In this document: piece by piece, positions 38,310-64,000 of the stretch
Layout: the number at the start of each line of letters is the position of its first letter
How positions within the stretch are numbered: the first letter of the stretch is position 1
Origin: Chrysomallon squamiferum
Taxonomy: Eukaryota; Animalia; Mollusca
Assembly (NCBI GenBank): GCA_012295275.1
Contig: CM022665.1
Span: forward strand, 806,001-870,000
Length of the DNA stretch: 64,000 nucleotides
Direction of reading: 5' to 3'
Notes under the pieces: model-generated
Seen by the model: only the letters and a program-made list of their open reading frames with translations
The model's database searches: none
What the model was told of the DNA's origin: nothing
Translations under genes and position numbers: made by a program

Positions 38310-41300
38310 TCAAAATGTAAAGCTCTTTGGCTCCTTAACATCATCTGTAAAATAAAATTAATGTAATTCAAGCCAATAAAATTAAAACATGCTGTCCTCA
38401 GAAAAAATAATAAGATTCAAACTAAACTGAAAAGAGACTTGATAATCTACTTTTGTTTGGTAAATTTACACCTTTAAAATATTTATGATTTTATTTCATT
38501 ATTTAGTGCATGTGTGCATATGTGCTGGTGTATCTTTGTACACTGTATTCAGCACCAAACAGTTTGCATACTGTGTAATACATCCAGTGCCAAACAACTA
38601 AAACAATCACTGCACTCTTCAACTTTCTAGGTAAGTTGTACATAAATATCATCCACTCCAGCAATCTATTAAACACCTTGATAAAGAAGAGTATAACACA
38701 ACAGTGTAAAACATAGAAAAACCATAGTAATATAAATATTTGTGATTATTTCTGTACCATGAAAATCATACCTGATGGTTTCCAGTTTGGGTTGAAGTGT
38801 TTCTGCAGTCGCTGCCAACATTCGTAATACTGGCTGTCCAGTTTGTTTTCATTAGCCCATTTTGTCACTGCCATACTGAAGGAGGATTCGAACATGAAAG
38901 CCTAGACGAAAAAAGTGTGTGGGGAAAAGGAAAAGAAATTTTCATTTTTAATATTTATAATTATTGAAACCTAGCTCAAGTAATCTGTAACTAAACTACT
39001 AAGATAAACAAATCAAAAATTAAACGTCAAGCCAACCAGATAAAAATGTATTTCAATTATGAAATTCAGAAATAAAAGAGAAAAAATAAAATCAGGATAA
39101 ATATTTCTTCTTAAAAACAATAATATAATAAAAAGCCTGAAAAACAACCAGAAAATAATATCTATTTCCAAACAGACACATATAAATAAATAACAAATTA
39201 AAAAGTCAAAATGATACCCCATAAAGATAAAAAATAAAAACAAGTTTAGGAAATAGGAAATAACCAAAAGGAATTAAAAATGTTCATTACCATAGTTCCC
39301 TCAGCTATTTTTTCTGGTTTCAGCTCCATTTTTGAATTTTTCTCAAAACACAGAGAGTCAGGTCCATGAGGAGTCATCATGCTGTGCAGACTGCCACCTC
39401 CTGGCACAAAACCTCCTTCCTGAAAATTTCTTTTTATTTACTTTTCTTCTCAGTGACACTTATTTGTGTTTTTTTCAGAATAACCTTTGATCAGGCTTTC
39501 TTTTATTTATTTAGTAAATATTCTTAATTATTTTTAAAAATAATATTTTTATTATATTTTAACAAATATTTTACTTTTCTTTTCATAAATAAATAAATGA
39601 AAAAAAAAACAACAACAACAAAAGAACATTTATTTGTAGTTTAGAGAATGCGATATTCCCTGCTTTATAAACAATTACTTTTTATATATTAATACTGAAA
39701 CTAATCTTGATGTATTAGCAGATGTGAATAAAAAGAACTTGCCTTGGCCTCATATGCACCATAGATCAATCCCATGTACTCACTCATGCAGTTTCCTAAA
39801 ATGTAAATAAAACAAGACCAGTTACATACATCCTATAAACAAGCATATATTTTTTTTTAAAGTTTTACATAAGAAATGAAATAATAATATTAGTAGTAGG
39901 TATTATTTTATTTATACATATATACTGAAGTAAATGTATACCCATGGTATTTTTTTTCATTTTAAATATAAAACTTCATTACATGTATATATATTGTGTA
40001 TTTATTTTATGTGCTTTTCATACATCTTGTGATTTCTTTTCTATTTACTGACTGTGATAATAAGGAGGTCTGAAAGTGTGTTCCTGCACAGACCAACGAG
40101 GAGGGAAGATGACAAAGTCTGCAATGGCAGTCCCTGGTTTAGCTGATGGACATGTCAGCACAGTAAATATTGATGGATCCTGAATGAAAATTAAAATATC
40201 AAACTTATTATTGTTATTTAAAATGTAACAAGGTACATTAATAATAATTAATAATTTATTTTTATATGAATTACACTTTTATATATATTTTTGTGAAGCT
40301 AATAATATTAATTTAAACAATTATGTTGTAAGTGTTTTTTTAAAGAAATTGACAAACATCTGTCTATAACAACTCTAAATTAATAATAATAACAATAACA
40401 ATAAAATAATAATAAAATGCTCTTATTCCTTCCAGTTTGTTTCTTAGTTTTATTATAACTGTTGTGCATTTAAAAAACCTCATAGTCAGATTGTATTATT
40501 TCATTATTTAACATTTAGTTAAACAACATCTAAACAGTTGACAACAGTTATTATTAATGTATAGTCTATAAACTTACTGCGTGATCAAAAGCAACACAAT
40601 TGATGACCATGAACTTGGACAAATCGTATTTGTATGGGGCATAGTTTCCATGCCAAGCCACAACATCAAATGGAGAATGATTCTAAAGGAAAAAGAAGCA
40701 AGTAAAACTGAACTGCAGTGCTAATATCTGATAAACTGCACACATTCTGCTAAAAAGAAATTCAATATATATACATTTTTTTTAATTATCTTTTTTATCT
40801 AACAAATGTTAGTTTATGTATGGTTTGATTATAAAATTTATTTCAGTAGTTTAAATACTGTTTGCAAAACAAAATATGTTAGTAGTATTTAATTATATAC
40901 TGAAAAAAAAAAATAAAATACAAAAACCAAAGTTATACTGCAATTAGTTTTCATTATATTTATGGCACACACTTTTGGCTTATTTGTATTACCTTCCAAT
41001 ATAGTATTAAAAATAAATGTAATTTCTAATAAATAGCAACAAAACCCCCTCACAAAACCCAAAATTATAATAACAAAATAAAAATCAAACTGAAAAAAAA
41101 ATAATAATTAGAAAAAAATACAAAAGAATAGGGTAAAAAAAAAAAATCCAGTTAATAAACAAATAGAAAAAATAGAAAAAGTTTAAAAATAAAAAACAGT
41201 AATAATAATGAAGGTATTCTGAAGATATGAAACTTGTTTGTTTACCTGTTTAGCAGCAAAGAGGTGACCGTGGTACTTGCTGACCACAGTAAATCCTTGT

Positions 41301-44300
41301 ACATCACGATCCTCATACCAGGCAACAGGAGTTTGGAAGTCTCTTGGATTAGCTAGGCCATTGGCTCCTGAAAAAATTCATAATAAGACAATTTATTTAT
41401 AAACTGAGCATTCTAATTACCCCAGTTAGCTTAATTAACACTTCATCAGTTGGTTTTAAATATTATTATTGAAGTATTTAAAATACAAAGAGAAATCTGA
41501 AATTTAAATTTGAAAAAACTTTGTCATTATGATTAGTGATATCAAAACCTTCTAATTTGTTCTGTAATAAAGTTATGATTCTAATTGTAAAATGTTACAG
41601 ATTATAAATATCTTAGGACTAAATCTATTAATATTTCTTAAAGGTCTCATTTTATGCACATGTATTAAATTATTAGTTACAATATTTTATGAAAATTATA
41701 CCAATTGGGCCGAGAGTTGGAAGCTGGAAATGGTCATTGAACACCTCACAGATGTAACCTCTTGTTTCCCCTGACACAGCAACAGAGAATCGAATGCCTC
41801 TCTGAAAAATACGTTCCCAGTATGTTGAATGTATAGATATTTTAAAATGTTTTAAGTTTATTACTAATATTTCAATGTACAGACATTTTAAAATACATTT
41901 TCACTGTGTTATTAATATTTCAATGTACAGACATTTTAAAATACATTTTCACTGTGTTATTAATATTTCAATGTACAGACATTTTAAAATACATTTTCAC
42001 TGTGTTACTAATATTTCAATGTACAGACATTTTAAAATACATTTTCACTGTGTTACTAATATTTTAATGTACAGACATTTTAAAATACATTTTCACTGTG
42101 TTACTAATATTTTAATTTACAGACATTTTAAAATACATTTCCACCATCATACATGTGCTTCAAAGATTGGAAATTAAAAAGACTTATTCTAATTTTTTGA
42201 CTAATTTTCTTATTAAAAATAATTATTTCAATATTCAGTTATTAATAACATTTTCAACACTGAAATATATCCATTTAATGGTCAAATTATTTAATACAGT
42301 ATTAGATTAAAATGTACAACGAAAAAATTAGTACAAAAATTAGTTAGGAAAACGTTTTTAAAAAAATGAATTGTGAAATAATATGAGAAAATATGTTAAA
42401 TTCACATATGCAATGGAATAGGTGACAATTAAGTAAGTTGAATTTTGTTTATAAAATATCTTTAGACAGCCACCTGAAAGGTAACAGCAATGTATTATAA
42501 AGTAAAATTTTGAAAATGTAACAGAATCATCAGTGTTAAATATTATTACCTGGATAACACAAATCTCATTGGGATCCACTTGCATCTTTCCAAATTCTGT
42601 AGTTATAAACAGACCACCTTTCTGAGGCACTGAAACATGAAAAGTTTTATTATCTAATCTCACAGTTTAGTCTCAGTTTAAGATAATAAACACAATACAT
42701 ATCCTATTACTTCATAAAAAAAATAAAAATAAAAAATATAACTGGAATCAGAATATTAAAACATAAGGTGTAGGATTTGTTCCTTTCACTATATTTAACA
42801 ACATACAGATTAAGTTAAAAAAAAAAAAAAAAAAAAATAGCAGTGACTTAAAGATAACGTAAAGGATTAATTAGAAGTATGTGTTAAGACATTTAGAATT
42901 AATGATAAAAAAAAGAAAGATTTAAACTGAATCTCATTTCCATGTCCATTCACTGATAACTATCAATGAAATCTAATTAGTGCTGCTTCACATTTTCAAA
43001 ATGAACCCAAATACTAGGCCCTTACCAATGAGAAAATCACCATCAGAAGTGTAGAAACATCTAAGTAAAAACAATTAACAGAAACAAAAAAATTATTAAT
43101 TTCTTAATTTTATTATTCACATTAAATATTATGTTAAAAACCAAAAAACAACATTACTATTTCATATATAAAATCATAATTTTCAATTTAATACTTAAAA
43201 AATAAATATATATATTTTTTTTTTTTTTTTTAGTCTCAAGATTCAATTTATCCGTTATAAAACAATATATTTATTGTTTCAGCTAAAAATAAGATATATC
43301 TACTCAGTACATATAATTTATCTCATTTACTTAAGTACATAATAATTACTTTCACTTTCAATGCTTTGTTCTTTTATATGATAACTTCCAAGAAAAGAAT
43401 GATGCATGAAAATGCATAAAGAACATTTATATGTTAATACTTGATGAAAGTTATGATGAATAATTTTAAATGAGAAAACTTGCTTGTTCTCCATGGAAGT
43501 GTTGCAGGTGTATATATATACAGCTATTCCACTTCTTGACTTGGGATCTCCTGCTCCACAAATAGTTGTCAGACCCTAAAACAGATTTTCATTTTAATAT
43601 TTATACAGCCTTTTAATTACATGTAATTTTCTAACTGGTAAATCAGTTGTTTTGCTAATTTAAAAAAAATGTGTTGCATGTGTATTATGTATATACATAT
43701 CAACTACTTTATTTTAAAAGACATATTTTATTCAAATAAATTTTAAGAAATTTTATGCCATTTAATTCCAGATATTTTAGTGAAATAAAATAATACATAA
43801 ATACTTCTTTTACCTCCACAAAGTCCACTTTTTGGGAAGGAATGTCCAAAGGTTGCCATCTGAACTTTAAAACAAAAATATATATTTAGTATAACAACAT
43901 AAAATAAATTAATTAACAATGAAGAAATGCAGAATGTGTCTTCAAAACATTAATTATCTTTATATTTCATATATCAATGATAAAAAATAAAAAAAATCAG
44001 TAAAAAGAATAAAGTATCTACTGTATATTAATTCCATTAATGCCCAACAACTGTATGCAATCTTATTTTACATTAGTATATAAAGTCAAATAAAACAAAT
44101 TGTTTTACTTGATTTGGATTTGGATCCACCTCATTCCAGTCATGTGTCAGAAGACCTCGGTCTATTTTTGTAAAAGGCTCATGCAGAGCAGATGGTCGAA
44201 TTCGATACAACCAACTGAAAGAAATAAAAAATTAAAATTGTATTTTAAAACATTACTGATTACTGGCTGATCTCAGAAAAATATTAAATTTCAGAATATT

Positions 44301-45384
44301 AAACATTTTATTTTTTAAATAAACATGAATTTTAGCCAAGAGAAATACACTTTTTAAAATCAGATATAATAAAAAATAAAAATAAAAAAAGGAGATAAAG
44401 TAAGAAGAAATAACAGAAACTGTTACAAAGTTTTATTACTGATAATGTTTCTTAATAATTAAACAAATGTCACAAGTATACTGCAAATACATTTATTACG
44501 AAGGTAAACTGACCTCCTCTGGTTTTCCAGTCGTGGTGCTGTGAATGCTGTACCAGAAAGTTGTTCAGCATACAAACCATATGGACACATCTGTGGACTG
44601 TTCTGAAATCAATACAACAAACAATATCAGCTTACAAACATTCTAATACTATTACATATTAACAAAGCAGACAGAGTTTAAAATTTCACTCATTTTCTGT
44701 TATACTATGAATTTTCTATCCTCTCCTTTATGCTCTGCTGTGTTATGCTAAATTAAACTAAATTAAACATGTAAAATTAACTATAATTGTATTTCATATG
44801 CTATACATTTGATTATAATTATGTACTGATTTCTCAATTAGTTGGAAAGAACTTTATATCTGTTATAAACTTGATGGCAATTCCATCCATGTTTTCTATT
44901 TTTCTAATCACTAGAAAATAAAAAAAATAATAATAATCTCTTGCTGATAAATTATGTCATTATCTGCTCTCAAAGATAATAAAATCATCTGTATTTTAAA
45001 CATATTTTGAATGTTTGTATAAATTCTGATTTTTACCTGTCCCTTTGGCAATGCTCCAGGACAACGAGGATCTTCTGAGGCAAATTCATTGCCAAAGCCA
45101 GACATATACTGTGACAGAAAACTTTAATAATTATCAAAAACATTTTGCAGTATGGTTTTGTTTGTTTTTAATACACACCTAGACTTTGTTATTAATGATT
45201 TAATTACTGGTTGATACTAAAATTTTAAGACAATTTTTATTAATCTGGTATTTAAATATATATGTATAGCAGTAAAATTTTCTCAGTAAAATGTGACAGT
45301 CATTTATGGTCTATATTTAACATCATTAAATTGATTATTCTGAGTAAGGACGCATGCGGGAAAACATGTTACCTCAGATGACAT
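38310..45384 (-). CDS. HGD: Homogentisate 1,2-dioxygenase
   Basis: Exons 45384-45373 (MSSE), 45108-45037, 44602-44514, 44214-44109, 43864-43814, 43575-43484, 43060-43026, 42629-42550, 41801-41702, 41367-41246, 40682-40578, 40179-40053, 39795-39743, 39419-39291, 38901-38772, 38344-38310 (last exon tentative). Motifs [50 protein letters not shown] and the Fe ligands in RPPYYHRNCMSE and MTPHGPD. Confidence 0.97.
41862..42143. repeat. 48-bp tandem minisatellite (~5.8 copies) in HGD intron
   Basis: Unit tactaatatttcaatgtacagacattttaaaatacattttcactgtgt, near-identical copies, with one degenerate copy just upstream. Confidence 0.95.
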
Positions 45385-45432
45385 ACAATTTCAAGGTCAA
45401 AATAAAAAATAAAGAAATGTCATGTGTAATTC

Positions 45433-45442
45433 AGCCAATCAG
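45433..45442 (+). promoter_or_regulatory. CCAAT (NF-Y) box in the HGD/ASK divergent intergenic region
   Basis: AGCCAATCAG, a full NF-Y consensus, about 50 bp from the HGD ATG. Confidence 0.4.
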
Positions 45443-45917
45443 GAAAGAGAACTGGATCACACCTCCCAAGCACTCTTCCAAATAATATAGCAATTCACGC
45501 AACAATGAAAGCATGACATTTCTAATATACTCACAAAATGCAATATACAAAAATAATAAAAACTACTTTTAACAGGACATTAAATTTATATCCGTCTTTA
45601 TCACGTTTATTGCTGGTAGGTGATAACGATGAGTGGATCGATTGTTCAATTTGTTGTATTGTGTCCACATCATTGCTTTTAATGGGCTAATCACTAATTT
45701 ACATGCACCAAAATGCAGCATTTGTGGTAGAAAACACATTAATAAAATCACTATAATGATTAAAATGATATGACAAAAAACAAATAAAAGGGAAAAGACA
45801 AATTTTCCAACACAAATAATACCTTCAACTCTTTCTCCATTCTCGTTTTTCTTCTGTTGGAGTTTCCTTCGCATCCAACTATCATTAGAATACCAAAAGG
45901 TCATTTGAAAAAAAAAA

Positions 45918-45975
<58 letters not shown>

Positions 45976-46259
45976 GCATCCATGCAAAAGGAGAACTACC
46001 ATATTTAAAAATGTGAAACTAAGTAAAAAAAAAAAATAAATAGATTTTATCGAATTTTCTCTGTGTCTGATCATAACTATAAAAATTGCCTGGAATTTGG
46101 AAGCTAAAAACAAAAAAGGAAAAGAAAAAGGAAAAGAATAATAAATCGTCATTAAACATTAGCATGTGAAATAATGGCACATTCAAGACAATAATTTGGT
46201 TTATTAATCCGTTATATTACAGAAAATTGGTATAAAATGTGCAGGTCAAAATCAGAATG

Positions 46260-46293
<34 letters not shown>

Positions 46294-47123
46294 AGGAAAA
46301 TACTACAGAATACATTCACCTGCTTTGGAATGCGACAGACATTGACCTGTGAAAGGTCAGATAAATGGCGTCTGAGCAATATGCACCTTAAATCATGTCA
46401 AACCTATCTAACCTTGATTGAACCTGTTCCTACTGGAGAGACATGTATCGGTAATTGTATTAACGAAATGCAATATGATATATCCGCAAGTTCCATTAAA
46501 ATTACGTTAGCTTTGTGAACATTAATTAAGCTTGAAAACGAGAATTCATATATTCAGCTTTTATTTAAACATATCAGTTTGATGAAAACACTACTCAGTG
46601 CGTTACAGTGCATTACACCACATTAAAAAAAATATTAAAAAAAAAATAAAAATAAAACAAAAGAAGAAAAAAGATAACTGCATTTTATTTATTTGAAACA
46701 TACATTATCATTATGATTACATTGATTATCTGACTTTTATAATATAGCTACTAAATCTAAACCTTATACAATTTATAGTCTGACACCATTCAGCTTTTTA
46801 TTAAGTTAATTAACTTATTAATATTGAAAATATGTTGTCAGATTGAAAGTGACAGTAAAAGATCAGATAAGTCTATTCACTATCAAATCTTGACTACAGT
46901 TTAACGAGTTTGTAAACAAAATATTATAAGATGTTTCTGTATCACAACTTTTTTCTTCATAATGCAGCATTAATTAGAGTAGCCCATGGATTGATATCAG
47001 TAGATTTCCTATCCCATAGCAAGACCAATACAGCACTATAATCAATTTATTCAAAATTTGAAGTAATTCTGTTATTTTTCTTAGATCACACCTCTGGCAT
47101 TATGAGTACAGACTATTGAATTA

Positions 47124-63749
<16,626 letters not shown>

Positions 63750-64000
63750 GTAAGTTAAAATGTTGTATCCTAAATCTGTTTTGTGTTTAATTGACAAATT
63801 AAGTAATTTAAAGTTATTTCTGTTAGGAAGTTTGATACATAGGCTGGTAGTATCAAATGCTGTGTTCCTAACATGTTCAGTTCAGTGTATAGTATAGTGT
63901 ATGTTGTACATACTTTTCACAAGTGTTGTTTCCTCAGTACAGTGATGTTAGTGTAAGTTGGTTTTATTTCAGATTAGATGTTCCTAGTTAGGTGAAAAAT

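Noticed and set aside
41875-42177. 100-aa repeat ORF ([16 protein letters not shown])n
   Set aside because: Translation of the intronic 48-bp minisatellite, antisense to HGD, with no splice or promoter support.

Overview
AT-rich, microsatellite-dense animal (metazoan) genomic DNA; the SINE-like remnants suggest a gastropod mollusc, which is an inference. Reading splice sites by hand gives seven protein-coding loci. (1) A 5'-truncated IAP gene (2 BIR + RING, + strand, <35-4626) whose first visible exon is mostly a coding 24-bp/8-aa tandem repeat. (2) A 4-exon, all-phase-1, Cys-rich plus Thr/Ser-rich putative secreted protein that the ORF track misses (- strand, 8247-10925). (3, 4) Two divergently oriented unrecognised proteins with intronless CDSs (552 aa, - strand; 467 aa, + strand); the second sits behind a 42-codon uORF ending in TTT-TGA-A-ATG. 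(5) An intronless, microbial-type L-rhamnonate dehydratase (enolase superfamily) broken by one in-frame TAG. (6) A complete 16-exon homogentisate 1,2-dioxygenase (HGD) with two GC-AG introns. (7) Head-to-head with HGD, an ASK-family MAP3K (MAP3K5/15) that runs off the window end. Mobile elements: two complementary deletion derivatives of one FLYWCH/MULE-like transposon, a degenerate pogo-like element, a Tigger4-like MITE and SINE fragments. No CRISPR array, rRNA or tRNA gene was found. The best leads are the rhamnonate dehydratase (possible horizontal acquisition, single stop), the repeat-bearing IAP with an altered IBM groove, the uORF/+1-frameshift junction and the hidden secreted gene.
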